Shown here: piece by piece, positions 10,653-24,649 of the stretch
How positions within the stretch are numbered: the first letter of the stretch is position 1
How the letters are laid out: each line of letters begins with the position of its first letter
DNA from: Podospora anserina
Taxonomy: Eukaryota
DNA: 64,000 bases
Assembly: GCA_017654855.1 (NCBI GenBank)
Contig: CM030333.1
Location: 2,790,001 to 2,854,000, forward strand
Direction: 5' to 3'
The notes under the pieces: generated by a model
What the model saw: only the letters and a program-made list of their open reading frames with translations
The model's database searches: none
Told to the model about the DNA's origin: nothing
Translations under genes and position numbers: made by a program

Positions 10653-12741
10653 TCACACCTGGATCAACCGCATTGAAGCCGCCTCATCAACGTCACATTC
10701 CAGCGAGGGCTTCCGGAGTTGAACAGTAAAGTTCTCTGCCACGGTCTCGTAGGACCAACTCGAGTATTCGTCAGCTCTGAAGAACTCATCCTGCTCTCGC
10801 GCGCTGATTGCACCGCTTGACACCGAGTCCCGGTAGCCTCCCCCGTTCCTACCGCCTTGAACAGAAGAATGATGGTAATCTTGAGCGTATCTGTCATATA
10901 GAAACAAAAGCGGCAGTAGGTCCTCTCGCCAAGTCGGCAGTTGTAGACGCTTCGTCCGTATGACCGCCACAACCCACGCCACAAAGCCAAGGGTCCAGAC
11001 TGCGGCAGGGAGAGCAATCCAATACCATCGGACTCTAACAAAAGTAGCGACGGTACTTGCTTGGCCCTTGACCAAAAAGGCTTCTCCAATTTCTGTGCCG
11101 TTGGCAACAACACCCGAGTTGCGTATGGTTTTCGTCATGGCAGCGGCAATCCCGTCCATAACGCAGGAAAAGGTATCGGCGTTGACGCTGCCGCATTCGT
11201 TGGCGGTATAATTCGCGTTGAATATATAATTCATCATCTTGGACTGCTTACAGGAGCCGTTCGCGAATCCAGAACAGAATTCAATGGCTGTGTGGCCGTC
11301 GCTGGTTGCAGCAGAGCCGGGAACGACGTCGGTCACCAGAAACTGGGGATCAGGCCATGCCCAGTCTCGCTGTAAGGACTCACTCAAGCCGAAAGATAGG
11401 TTAGCAGCGGGATCAATGCCGCGCTCGAGACCCCATGGCGGCCGCAGCTGGTGGGCTAACCAGTCTGTGCCATTGGGGGGTGGCTCCGTGAATGTGTCTA
11501 GCAAGGTCTCCTTATAGACACCGTTTTGGACAGACGTCTCGAAGCTCAACACACACTGTTGCAGCGAGCACTCGGTGGCACTGAAGTTCGAGAAGTCGAG
11601 AGAAGGCCTGTAGGCACTGCTGAGGACGTATGGAGGGAGTAATCGGATAGCATGGTACCTCAGCCCATCTTTGCCGCCAACGAAGGTGATGTTCATAAAG
11701 TCTTCGAAGGTCGTGAGGTTGCCAACTTGACGTAGAGTGGCTGAGCCATCAAATAACTTGGCGCTACAGTATACCCCCTTCGGGATGCCTTGTCCTCCAC
11801 CGGCGTCTTTGCACGTCAGATTGATCTTCGACGTGATATCGGTACACCGTGAACAGAAGCCCAGCGTAGCTGTCGGGGGCCAAGTGCAATTGCCTGTGCT
11901 GCAAAGGAATTGAGGCGAGTTTGTGTCTTGGGTCAGACCTGAGGTCAGCGCCAGCATGATGTTAAGTTCCAGAGCTGGGTCGGGGTAGTTTGCTGAAAAT
12001 GTTGTCTCTGGTATTAGCACCGTATCTTTTGCTTGTACCCACGATGTGCCTCCGGCGAGAACTTACTTGAATAGTCGCGGCGCAGGCCGTGGGCGTCATA
12101 GACGATGCTACGACTGAGCAGGGCGACCGCGCCGTCCGCCGCGATATCGCCCGCCTCATACCGAACGAGATTCTGTGTGAAAGGACCCCAGAACATTCCG
12201 AACAAGAGAGCTAGCGACGCAGTGATAACGACGAATCTTTTCCGCTGATATCAGCATCTGGGTATCAGTGGCAGGGTGTTGAGCTTGTTCTCATCAAAGG
12301 GGTAACCTACTCAGCGCCCGCAGTCCAGAGAAGTTGGGCAACCCCTATCACACCTCCTCTCGCCTTCTGGAAACCGACGAGATCTGCCAAAGGCCGCGGT
12401 CGCTTCGCAAACCATATCCACTTGAGCTGTGCAATGGTCGCCTGGACGCCGAAGATGGTTCCAGCAAAACCCACATTTCCGAGGAGGGATAGCACGAAGT
12501 TGAGCGTGACCGGCCAGTCGGGCGCCAGCTGGTTATCGTACCAACGTAGAAGGGTGGCAGTGGCCCCTATACATAAGAGAGAGGCCAGGAACCCGAGGAA
12601 CTCGAAGATCCACGTCTGAGAGAGCTTTGCCCATATCGATTTCTTGATGCTGTGGTGGTGGTACATGTCGTGGCGATTGCGGCGACTTTCTGGGTTTGTC
12701 TCCTCAATCGTGTGCAAAGGGCCGTATTTCCGCGGATCCAT
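10653..12741 (-). CDS. DUF3176-family membrane protein (3 exons)
   Basis: N-terminal W..E......S......A...LL..YD.....W..TLN..LS...IAQLKWIWF..RPRPLADL; CSTGNCTWP..ATLGFCS.C; C-terminal VRVRWYWIALPA...PTWR. Confidence 0.85.
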
Positions 12742-13623
12742 TTGGGTCTTCTTTTTGTTTCTGTGCTCTTGGTTCCAGCTAGTGAATGAAGTAGGCTGTA
12801 CAAAAGTCTGAGTTTTTTGGGGGTTTGGGGCGTTGATGGACTTTACTTATTACAGTTTTTTTTGCACGGGAGAAAGGGGGGGGATACGAGGCTCTGTAGG
12901 CGCCCCCCAGCTTGTCTCACAGGCTGGTGGCTGGTGGCAAAGCATAATGCACGAGAATTATCTGCCAATTGTATTAGCAATTTATTCCGACGTACAGGCC
13001 GTATCTGGAAACCTACGTTGGGTTTGGGGGCCCAAAGGAGGCTCTGCGAAGGTGTCGAGTTTAATATCTACTGGTTTGTTGAACATGGCCCATCTCCCAG
13101 GGGTGACCAATCAAGTCGACCAGGAAAACACGGAAACCACTGCAATCGCAACAGCAACATGAATTAAAGATCCCATTACCCATCGCCCCATCATCTATGT
13201 ATACCACATCGCCCGCATCCCAACAACTCCCCTTACCACTACCATAGCTAAAGCCCAGATCTAGCTCCCTCCATACGTATAAGCCACCCACCTTTTCCCA
13301 CTCCAGGGTAGTCATGTAATGTTGTACAAGTACATATGTACATAAAAATCAACCGCAAAAGCAAAATAGGCTTGCTCCAAGCCGAGCAGAACAAGTCGAA
13401 AGCAAGATAAAAGCCGATGGGAACAATGTAAAAAGGACAAGACAAGATATAATAATACTACCACCACCAACGCCACCATTTGAGTCCGCTCCGCTAAGGT
13501 CACCAACGCACCGCCCAAAAAGTAAACTCCTACAGCCTTTTTGGTGTGTACATGATTCTCCGCTGGCCAAAGAAAGCAGGAAAATAGAAGCAAGACGAAT
13601 CTCGTCACCGAACTAGGTGATCA

Positions 13624-16600
13624 CTACTGCCCCAGTTCTATGAGTGAAGCAGCCTCGCCTCCATGGTCGTCCTCCATGTGAATATCCGCATCATGGTGGG
13701 CATGATCGACGGCGGCTTTCTTATCCTCGTCGTCATCCTCATTGACCAGATCAACAAACATGCTGTCGTCTCCATCGCCGTCTCCTCCCATGCCGATGCC
13801 AAGGGGATCGTTATCCCGAGGACCTGACGAGCCAGCGTTGGCAGCAGCCGTAGGATCCCAGATTTTGGGACCAAACAGGTCCTTGGCACGTTGCTTGCCG
13901 GTCTCTGTCCGAGACAAGATCTCCATAATCCTCGTTCTCCCCTCATCGGTGGAGAGATGCTCGTTCAGTTCCCGGTCATCGACCTTGCCCTCGATCAGAC
14001 GCTGCTCAAAGTGCTGCGTGGAGCTGTCACTCAACAGGAGGTGGGGCCCTGTTGGGAGAAAGTAGGAAGAGTGATTCGGGTGAGAGGACGAGTCCAGGCC
14101 GGCGCTGTGGGATGATGAAGGATGGTGGTTGGGCGGCATCGAGAGACCAGGGGTTGACGGTTGAGCGGACGAGTTGCGAGAATAGAATGGGTGGCCAGGC
14201 GCTCTGTGACTGGGACTTGCGGCCAAAGCACCTCCGCCGGCGGCAGCAGCCGCAGCAGCTTCGGCATTCTGGGCCTTGCGCTTGAGGCTGTTGGCCTTGC
14301 CTTTCACGCTCTCGGGTAAATCGTCTGCATCATCCACTCCGTATTGAAGGAGAAGCTTCATCAGTTTGGTTGGCCTGGGCTTGCGTGTGCTCTTAGAAGA
14401 CTCAAGTACCGGGGGAGGCTCTGGGGCAACAGGGCACCACTTGTGAAGTTCTTGTCGGAAGAAGTTGGTCTCGTACGCCAGGAGGATCTCGGCACCCTCA
14501 ATCTTGCGTAGGTAAAAGCGCTGTGTCTCTGCCTCGGACGCTGTCGAGACCACGGGGCTGCAAAAGCCAGCGATGTGGTTGCGGAAGTTCTGGGCGTTGT
14601 CGATGATCTTCTTCAAGACCTCTTCCTCATCTGGCCGGAATGGGAGGCTAATAATCTCCTCATACCACTGAACCAAATCTTCAAGTTTGGGACGAGCGGC
14701 ATCGCGTGGAATCTTGACACGCCAGTCGCAAATTGGACAAGTGTACTTGTCATCTTCCTTGACCTTGCCACGCGCGATCTTGAGACACTTGCCGTGATAC
14801 CATTCATGGCAGAGCTCGCATTCAATCATCATGCCAGCTTCGGTACGGCGGCAGATGCAAAAGACCTCCCGGAATTTGGGATCGTCCCACCGATTTGTCT
14901 TCTCCCTTTCTGACGGACTTGGCTCTCTCGATTGGGGCTCAGCGGGGACACGGGGCTTGTCGTGAACAAAGTCGAAACAGTCCACGTTACGGTCAAGAAC
15001 GTACTCCATGTGCGACTTGAGAATGTGCAAAGGAGCGTTAGTCTTCCCAAACAGCTTCTTGCCTTTTCTCATCCAGTCCTCGTGCCGCTTCTGTTCCTTC
15101 TCGAGCTCATGGATGCCAGATGGCTTGGCTTGAAGTTCCTCTATCTTCTTCATCACGTCAGCCATCTCGCCATACTTTGGCCGTTGTCGATAGTCGGAGC
15201 TGTTGAGGCGCCTGTTCAGATCCTCTATCTGTCTTGCAGCCTCGCGCTGCTTGTGAAGCTTCTGTTCCACGGCAGCCAGGGTCTCCGGTGTGACGGGCAA
15301 GGCGTTTTCACGGACTTGATCCGCAAGGGCTTGCAGTTGGGGATAGTGAACCACCTCGGCGTTGATGAGGTCCTGTGCCGTCTTCTCCCACAGGTGACCG
15401 GCGGCAAGCTTCTCCGAAAAGTGGTTCAGTTGGTCGTTATATGGCGGGATTTCAAGGCGTTGACCTTCCTCAAGAAGAAGACGAACATCGTTCAGTGTCA
15501 TGCTGGTTCCAATGCTATCCCGGGCTCTGGCATTCCATTGCTCTCGCTCCAAAAGACGCGACAGCTTCTCCACCTCGGGAATGTCCACGTTGAAGCTCTG
15601 CCCCTCTTCAAGAAGTTTCTCGACCCGCTCAATATCATGGTCCGTGGTAAACTCGAGGAGACGGACCGCGTCATGCTGGAAAGTCTTGATCGCATCAGCG
15701 CGTTCTTGCAATTGGAGTATCTCCGGACAGTCGAAGCCAATCCTTTCAGCTTCGTCTAGGAGACGGTAGATGTTGGCGACATTGCGCATCTCTCGCTCTT
15801 TCGAGTCCTGGTAAGAACTGCCGATTGACTTCCTTGTCCCGATTTGCCAGGCCTTCTCATTCTTGCGCCGGTTCTGTTGCTTCCGAACTGTGTAGTTGGT
15901 TGCCTCCTCAACCCAAGTATTGCACCGCTCAACAAAGGCTCGGAGGGTTGGGAGTGAAGGCAGTTCGTATGGGATCTTCTCACCTTCGCTGAGCACAGCC
16001 CGCAGAGACTTCAAAGAAGGTTTGGCTTCCTCGTCCAGGAGTTTCTCGTACTTCTCCTCCCATGCCTCTGGGACATTGGCGCGGTCGGCCACCTTCTTGT
16101 ACGTCGCGGCCATGAGTTCGTCCGTCTTGCGGTAGTACAAGACGTGGTCCTTGCCGAGGTAGCGCTCGGAGTCGCTGTAATCGCAACATGGGTGGCTGCC
16201 AGCATGCAGGAGACACAAAACCTTGCCGGTTTTCTGGCAAACAAATCTCGACAAGTACGTGAAAGCCTTGCAATAAAAGCACGAGGACTCTTCCTCGGGA
16301 ACATCAACGTCCTCGATCTTGAAGACTAGCGGGCATTCAGGGTCGTTCTCTCCGTTGAAGACACAGCGATGATGCTCAACCGGGTGCTTTGATTCGAGCC
16401 GTTTGGCGATGAACTCGTGCTTGCCTGTGAATACCTGTCTTTGGTCGAGTTCCCGTTCGTGTATTCTAGCCAACGCAGGAGCCAGCCACTTGGCGGTCTG
16501 GATCGTCAGTCCCCCGTTGGTGATACCTTCCGCCGCGGTCCACAGGAGCTCATCATGCGAGAAACACGGTTGCCGACGGAAGGCCTGCAACCTTTCGACA

Positions 16601-19380
16601 CCTGCTAGCCCATAGGGCTCCCAGTCGCTGGGAGCAAAGTTCACGGCCTCATTGAAGTTGAACCCATGGTTGAAGCCGGCGTGGTAGGCTTGCGGGAAGG
16701 TGATGACGAGCTGTCCTGCGCGTTGATCAAGCGCATAGACTCGAACACCGGCCTTCTTCAGCTGATCCGGGGTCAAAAGAGTAACAAGCTGGAACAGAAG
16801 GTCTGGCTGCGTCTCGAAAAGCTCCGGGACGGCCTCCCTCATTGCATTCTCAAACTTCTCGGCATCATCTCCGGGGATCCCGTACCAAGTCTTGGTGGCT
16901 CCGAAGTGCTGATAGTTGGCCGAATACGCGTAATGGTCTTCGTTATGCCAACAGAAAGTGGAGAAAATCATGCCGACGTAAACCCACGGAACTGTCATGC
17001 CGGAGATGTCAGACTTGATATGGCGGAAGAGACTTTCTGGATGCAGGGGTAAAAGGTTCAGGTTCCAGGGATCGGTTGAATAGGGGTCGGTGGGGTTCTT
17101 CTCGATGGTCGGAAATCCAGAGCCGTGGGTTGTGCAATGGATATCAGCACCATATTCGACTTCCACCGTCTCCTCCAAGTCGGCAACTAGGCGCCAGAAC
17201 TCCTGTTCGACGTCGTCTTCGGTAACTGGTCGATGGCAGTTGAGGACAGGGTCAAAGGGCATCTTCTTCTCGAAGTAACCTTGCTTAAAGTTGGCCGCCT
17301 TCTCTTGGAACTGTTTTAGCGAGTACAGTCCACCTTCCTCGAAGCCAAACTGGCCGTCGCCAACAAGACAGCGGGGGCAGTTCCATTCTGTCTCCGGCTT
17401 GACTTTAACTGGCGGGTCAAGGCAAGCGCCATGGTAAGCATGCTCGCAGGACTCGCAAACGAGCAGGAAGCCGTCAGTCTCGTGACCTTTGCCGCAGGTC
17501 TCGCATCGCTAAGAGGGAGTCAGTGCCTTGTGTCGACATCGAAACAAGGGGGTACGCGGTGCTTGACATACCTCACCCGAGCCCAGAGCCTCATCTCGGG
17601 GTATCCTAGGAGCCGATGGACGAAAGAGTGACATGTGCGAACCCGCTACAGTGGGAACATTACCTGCGAGTCATTCGAGGTTAGCACGGACCAGTCACCG
17701 CGAACAGCTTCCGAGTGGGGCGGCGAGAAAAGAACGGAGCGAATGAGGTACGATGGCGGACGACTGCAGGTGGGCTGGGTAACCCCTCGACTGCCTTCAA
17801 GCGACCATGTCTGGCGAGCGGCCAGCGTCAAAGTTGTCGGGGTTGTTCAAAAGCAAAAGGGTGAGGCTGAATATCAAAGATGACTTACCCTTCTTCAGCC
17901 GTTTGCTGCTTCTTCGGCTGCCATCAACATCGTCCTTGTCACAGGGCGAGTCCTTCTCCACATCGTCGCAACTAAGTTGTCGCTTGAGTCCGGCAGGGCC
18001 AAGGGATGAAGGTCGGTATTCTGGTGTGTTTTTTGAGGACGCGAGCGGCGTGCTGTACTGTTTTGGTGTGGAGAGACTCTTGTTCTCCGAAGCCACGTTT
18101 TGGGGTCGGTTGATACTCGTAAAGCCGGAATTGATGGCAGTGAAGCCTCCCGAGTTGGTCGCCGTGAAGCCTGATGAGACCTGTGGTGTGCTAGCTGCGG
18201 GCGTGTCGGACATTTGGACGTCTTGGTCAGTCTCCTTGTGGCCGTTCATGGTCGCCTGTAGCGCGTCTGTCGCATGTCTGGCCGGCGACTCGGCACGGAG
18301 ACTTAAGGGCGTGTTGACATTTGACCGCTTCATCGGGCTCTGGGCTGGGCTGGGAGTTAGAGGGCCGCCATACTCCAGCTCTAGCTGCTGGTAGACGCCA
18401 GGTTTGGCGGTCCGTAAGTATTCCTCATAGGGGCAGAGCCACTTCTGATACGAGTTCTTGAGTGAGGTGGACAGAGACGACATTATTTTGCCACTGTACC
18501 CCAGGTCACGACCAATCTCTGCCCACTTCTTCAGCTTGCACACCTTCTCGAACCCACCGCGGGCCTCGACGGCTTTTTTGAGCCGGTACAGGTCCAGTGG
18601 TTTCTTGTCGACGTACGGCCATCTCGTCAAGTTCGTGTTACCTTGTTGTTTGTGGAATTTCTGGAGCGCGTCCAGGTAGGTGAGATTCGCACGGGTGCCT
18701 GACGAGTCACCCTCAGTATGACGCTCCAATGAAGAAGGGGGATTTAGCTTGAGATGGGGAGCCTTACTGCCTTCAACAGAATTGAGCTCCTGTTTCCGCG
18801 TTCGAAAATGAAATTTCTGAGTGAGGCAGTCGTGTTAGCGGGTTTACAGAGGAAAAGCTATCTGGCGAAGTTGTGGCAGGCAGGATCTAAAACTGGGACG
18901 AACCAGCAAAAAATCGCGATACCGCTTCACAAGGTCACCCACCTCTGTATTGATGGCGAATTCGGGGTTCCAAGAGTCTGGTGGAATGATTTTGCAGAGA
19001 CCGTATTCTCTCGCCTCTTTTGAGATTTTCCTGATGTACTCGAAAGGTTCTTTCCATTCCTCCTCCGTTGGCTGGTACGTCGGCGCTTCCTGCAGCCCGT
19101 GTGGCCTGTTCTTCTTCTTGAGGGGCTCCTTGCACATGGTAGGTTGCCCGCGGCGCTCAACTGACGACAGGTCGAGAGGCGCGCTCTTCATGGAGCTCAG
19201 CGGCACTTGAGGTTTTGGCGGGTGATAGCCATTCCCGTTGACCTGCGCCGCTTTTGACTTGGCCCCGTTTGCGATGGAAGCTGAAGGCGTGGTCATGGCG
19301 GGAGAATCTTTGGCATGTGCATTGGTGCTGATCGTGGTGATGGATCCGTTCGACACGCTGGCGGAGGGGACCGATACCAT
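13624..19380 (-). CDS. KDM5: KDM5/JARID1 H3K4 demethylase (JmjN-ARID-PHD-JmjC-C5HC2-PLU1-PHD), 5 exons
   Basis: Jmj[40 protein letters not shown]1 CETC...CESC..AYH..CL..WNCPRC (17370..17510); Jmj[10 protein letters not shown]...[19 protein letters not shown]...[12 protein letters not shown]. Introns include 17664..17888 and one starting at 17571. Confidence 0.96.
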
Positions 19381-21468
19381 GCTCGCTGTGGGTTGCTTCG
19401 ATATTCGCCGTCGTGGAGCGTGTAAATGCCAACGAGGCCGGAGGGCTGTATCGAGCGAAAGGATGTGAAAGTATATTTAATCGTGGTGGGATTGTGTATT
19501 AGAACTGGTGAGTCAAACAGAGTGGTAGCTTCGACGCATCGTATGGCGTGGATCTGGAGAGTTGCGACGAAAGGTTAAACTATCACGCGCCGACTTGCAA
19601 GGCAAGAGAGGATGGCTTGAGCAGGGAAGGCCCGAAGCTTTTGAAGGCCAGCTTGATTATATAAACTTTCTCTCACGTACCATGGGGCGCCGGAAGTGAA
19701 GTTATGGTAAGAACTACACGCGCTGTTGCTCTGTTTTGTCGGTTCAAAATTGCGTGCAACAGCTGCAATCATGCCAGCGACTCTCGCCCAGCAGTGGAGG
19801 CTATGATCTGTTTCAAGGTATTTCGCAACAGGTGCTGGGAGCTTGAGCAGCGTGCGCCGGGAAGAAAGGAGAGGTCGTGTGAAAATCGGAGAGTTTCCAG
19901 GTTGTGGTGAGGAATTGGGGCCGACACGCGGAGGCGGCAACGAGGTGAAGGGATATTGAAGATAGCCGGCTGTGATGTGAGGAAGGAAAGAGCTGGCGGA
20001 GACGGGGGACAAGCGGGTGGTGGAGGGAACATGGGGCATGGATGGGGACGACGGCGGACGGGAGACGTTCCAAAAAGGCGAGGTAGGGCGGCAGCTGTCG
20101 GGACGATTTTGGCTGGGGAGGCGCCCAGGCGCAAACCTTCAAGTGGGTCCCTTCCCACAACTGGTCATCCTGGGCCTCACTTCGACTCCATGCATAACTA
20201 TCTACGGAATACGTGCCTCGAGAAAAGAATCTGCATATGGCACGCTCTTCTAGAATCATCACCCTGCGCAATTCTCATGCCGTACAGCCAGTGCACCCAG
20301 GTGAGGTTGAGGCTGAGGCATCGAAATCTCAAAATGATCTCAGGTCTCCTCTTGCAGCTCCACCAAAAAACGGGAGGATCAAACATCCCACCAAGCTGCA
20401 TGTCCCACTTTGACAAGCCACAATTTGAATGACCTGCAAAAATTGAATCGCATCTCTTCGTACAAGAAGTAAGAGATCAGCTGTCATATTTCCAAGCTTG
20501 ATATGCTTTACAAATCCCAATCCGGGGTCCTAAACTGCAGTGATAGGCGCGGCACGCACAAAGAAAAGCTGGCACAGTGTGGCTGCGATGCATGCGGGCA
20601 CAATCTGGTAGGGTCAGGTAAGGTCGTACAGACCAGTCTCCAACATGGGATAAAACCACACCAGGAAGGCGGCAACTCCTGAAATATCGGTCTGAGCGGG
20701 CACAGAGAAATAAATAGCGATATCCGAGCTCTCTCCAGCATCCAACCCACAGTTTGTGTGCCACCACGGTACTGACAGTCATGATCGCATGTGGTAGGTA
20801 GGTGGTCAGCATTTCAATGGCTGAAGTGGGCACATGAATCATACATTATGCCCCCCAATATTTGGCAGTCAAAAACAGTTAGCTGGAGGGGCTAGTAACC
20901 GCTGATAAAAACGAGCAAAACGCTGCAGAATCACAAAAGCAGTGCAGGTACACTAGACTCGGAAGGGTCGCGAGCCCTGATGAAGAGGGCGGGGTATGCA
21001 AGTCGACATGCTGTTGGAAGCAGTCCCGTACTCGGCAATGCGACGGTCTTATGAAGATGGACAGAAACAAGAAGAGGTGGGCAGAGATCTGATATCGCGC
21101 CGGATCCAAAGCAATCCTATCCTATGGCTGGCCAATAAACGAAGGCTTGACGTTCGAGCAAGAGGTGCCAAGACATCTGGGGGTGGCACACGCTTGGGAG
21201 ACGGGGGCCGTCAGGTGCCACTGGATTTATGTAATCGTCCGCTCTGTGTGAACTCAAGTGCATGAACCTCTTATTAAAACATCCCGTGTTCAAACCCATT
21301 GCTATCCGACGCCAAACTGTTAATTCCTACTGAAGAATTCATCCGTGTAAATCCAAGCCATATATACAAGATCCGGGTATCATTTCATTGCCAGGTGCTG
21401 CCTTGCCTTCATCCAAACGCCATCCCCATGTCCAACAGCCATGTAAATAGTTGTATGCTCCAACCTCT

Positions 21469-22567
21469 TCAACCATCCTCTTCACGAGTTTCCTTCGTCT
21501 TCGCCGTCTTTTTCCTTGGTGCCCTTTTTCTCTTCACCTTCAGCAAATTTTCCACCTCCTTCTGCCCCCTAACCCTCAACGTCAACTCCTTCATCATCGT
21601 CCCCCAATGTACCTCACCCTTACACCTCGGACACCTCCCTCCCACCGGCAATATTGCCCCCTCTCCACCTCCCTCCTCGCTTTTGAGCAAATACCTCCCC
21701 CAACACCTCAAATGTCCCACCCCTTCACACCCCTCATTCGAGCAAACAGCATGTAGTCCCCCCTCCTCAGGGTCAATCTCCTCCTTGCACACCACGCAAC
21801 TCCCCTGCCTCTCAAACTCAAAGATATCCTGCCCCTTCGCCACATACTCCTTAAGCGGCGCATAATCCAACGGCAAGCCATATATCCCCCAAGTCGGCAC
21901 CTCCTCCCCTCCCCCATCCCCATCCAACCCCTCCCCTACCACACCCAACGGTTCCGAAGCCGACGCCCTCGCCACCACAGCCCCCTCATCCTCCCCAAAA
22001 TCCGTCACAACCGGTAAACTCCCCCTCAACTCCCTCTCCACCTTCCCACACCACCTCCCCCACGCAGCATGCACATCCCTCTTAAAAAAATGCACCCTCA
22101 ACGGCCACCTCGCAAAACTCGGCACCGACAACAACAAGTGCAAGTTTGACAGAATCGAACTCAAACTCTTCGGCGGTCTCTTCGGCTGCCCATTCCTCTT
22201 CCGCTGGGTAGAAAACGCAAGGCGAGATTCAGAGGGTATGTGCAATGATGTGTGTGGGTTTGTTAGAGCCCATCTACAATACCAAAAAAAATCAGTATCT
22301 TTACCCAAGGGATTACGTGGGGAAAGCTTACTCAAACTTCAAAGCGGCAGTTGAGCTGGCAAAACCAGAGACCAAAGCGACCATCTCCCACGGCCGGAGG
22401 GAGTTTCGTGATGTGCGCACTGCTCCGCCTTTGACGACCCCGTTGTGCTGGCTCAGGCGGCGGGGTGGGTTGGGTGTTGAGCCGATGTAGAGGGAGGAGT
22501 GGCGGACGGTGGAGCGGAGGATGTAGACGCAATAGAGGGCGGGGATCGGTCTGGGTTGGGGGGTCAT
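21469..22567 (-). CDS. SLX1: Structure-specific endonuclease subunit SLX1 (GIY-YIG plus C-terminal RING-like zinc finger), 2 exons
   Basis: YCVYILRS...[23 protein letters not shown]...RPWEM...GF.S..AALKFE|WAL, plus C-terminal CVVC...CSNEGC..GHL.C...CPRC. Confidence 0.95.
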
Positions 22568-23083
22568 TTTTGATGGTTTGATGATGCCGCGCGGTATCAG
22601 TGCATTCTGGTGGTAAGGATGTGTTTTGCGCCAAACTCAATCTCACCGGGCAGGCGTAAGAAAGGAATGCGAAAATTTCATCAACAGGCTTAAGAGTTCC
22701 CACCCCTGGATAATAATAATAAGGCGGGATGCAGAAATCACAGATTGTCGTTGATGGAATTGTCCGAGAAGCGCAATCTCGAATTCCTTTGTTTACCTTT
22801 GGTCACCGGCAGACGTCGGTCCCTGGGGTGACGTCGCTCCGTGCAGGGCTGTTTTGCCCCTCCGAAGTGGGTCTCAAACTGACAGGGGTCCAATTCCCCG
22901 GAATATCAGCGCCAAGAGCTGTTCAGACTTCAACATGGAGAGACCCCTTCGCCAGGCAAAACAAAGTACAAGATAATCAAGCAATTGCGAAATGCTGGGT
23001 ATTAGCTAAGTCTACATAATCCTGAAACCTTGCATGCGATAAAAACTCCGGTGAACAATTTTCCCAACCCCTCTGCCGTGCGA

Positions 23084-24649
23084 CTACAACAGACCCTGCT
23101 TCTGAAGATCAAGGTAAACCTTCTCAGGCATGACATTGCCCTCAGCATCCTCCATCTGCACAACTGACCCGTCATCCACATGATGCTTCTTCTCCTCCCT
23201 TTGGATCTTTTCCCAGAGCCTCATGGCCTCTGCAATCGAGGTGATGTCTCGAAACAGATAGGTATTCGTGATGCCGAGACGCTTCAAGTTCGTGATGTGA
23301 TTCGTCTCGTTGAAGTGCTTGTCGAACGCGCGACGGCCTCTGTACACGAAGTTGCCACAAATCTCGCAGGGAAATTCCTGGCCCAAGCCGTGGAGACGGT
23401 AAAGCCAGAAGGGGATCGGCTTGCCGTCCCAGGCCAGCGGAAGTTTGAGGGGGTTGTAGATCTTGTCGTCATCGTCGTTATCCTCCTCCTCTTCGGGCGC
23501 TTGATTCTGTGGGGTGTTTGACATGTTGTAAAAGTTCTCCAACTCTTGGGCGCGTTCGCGCTCTGTCATACCCTGCCGTCGCTCCACGTTCACACGAGTA
23601 TCGTCCTTTTCGGTACTCATGGCACTAGTGAGCTTCCTGACCCTAAACTCTCTCTCGGCAACAGCGCGTTCCCTCAGACGATGCGCCAGCGCAACAGGCG
23701 CATGGCTGTCTCCAACAGCAGCTGTTTCCTCCCACTTGGCCAAGATCTCGGCGGCCTTGATATGTTTCCGCCCATTCAAGTGCCCCTTGTAGACGTTCTC
23801 ATTCTTGAACTCCTTCTCGCAGGCCTCACACCACACCGCCTCAGATGTCGAAAGGTTGCGCGACATCGCGTTCTTCTTGGCTGCCGCTGCTTCCTTTTGC
23901 CACCCCGGCACCTCGTCCTTCTCCCATGCCGTCTCAAACTCCTTCTCCCAGCCCTCATACACCTTGTCAAGGTTCTCTAGTGGGCGAGTCCGTCGCATAA
24001 AAGACTCCAAGTATGAAGCAAGGTCACCCAGGTACTTGAAGTAGTCGTCCGTCAACTTATCTGCCCGCTTGATTCCGCCCTTCCCTGGCTGAAAGTCGTC
24101 AAACACCTCGAGGTACTGCAGATAGGCCAAGCGCTTCGCGTTTGGCAAGTTCAGGTACGCCTCGTGGCAGGTGTGCAAATCGAAATATCGTCCATATGCT
24201 TCCTCGCCCGAGAACATGCTCTCCACAATGTATGGCTGATCGGGCCCCTTCCGCGGCTTGTACCATTGCTCTGAATTCTCGGCCTGCTCGCTGGGGTAGT
24301 TCCCGTGGTGCTCTTTGATCTTGTTGTATTGGGCGTTGAACTCTTTGAATGGATCACCGGAGCTGATGTCCAAGATTTCTTTTGATCGTTCGCCGGCTTT
24401 ATCTTCGTAGAGGGATAGGAGGATGGCCGACTGTTTTTGGATCTGGTCGAGCAATTGGGAGACTTCATGGTCACGGTTCAAGCGATCGCGGATCTATAAA
24501 GATGTTAGTATCAAGCGTGAGGCGGTCAACGGTGTTGGATGGAGGCCATCCCGACATACCTGTTTTGGTTCATCGCCCATGCGATCTGCAATTCCCTGCT
24601 CGAGGCGCTCCAGGTCCTCATGGATGTATCTCTGCTCCTCCAACAACAT
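23084..24649 (-). CDS. PRP9: U2 snRNP splicing factor SF3a60/Prp9, 2 exons
   Basis: Exon 1 MLLEEQRYIHEDLERLEQ from ATG 24649, then a GTATGT intron, then FSGEE.YGRYFDL, IYNPLKLPLAWDGKPIPFWLYRLHGL, CEICGN and C-terminal DLQKQGLL. Confidence 0.95.

Noticed and set aside
14932..15759. 275-aa plus-strand ORF and other ORFs overlapping KDM5
   Set aside because: Antisense shadows of a long, codon-biased exon.
21299..21865. 188-aa plus-strand Pro/Ser-rich ORF
   Set aside because: Antisense to the G-rich 3' half of SLX1.
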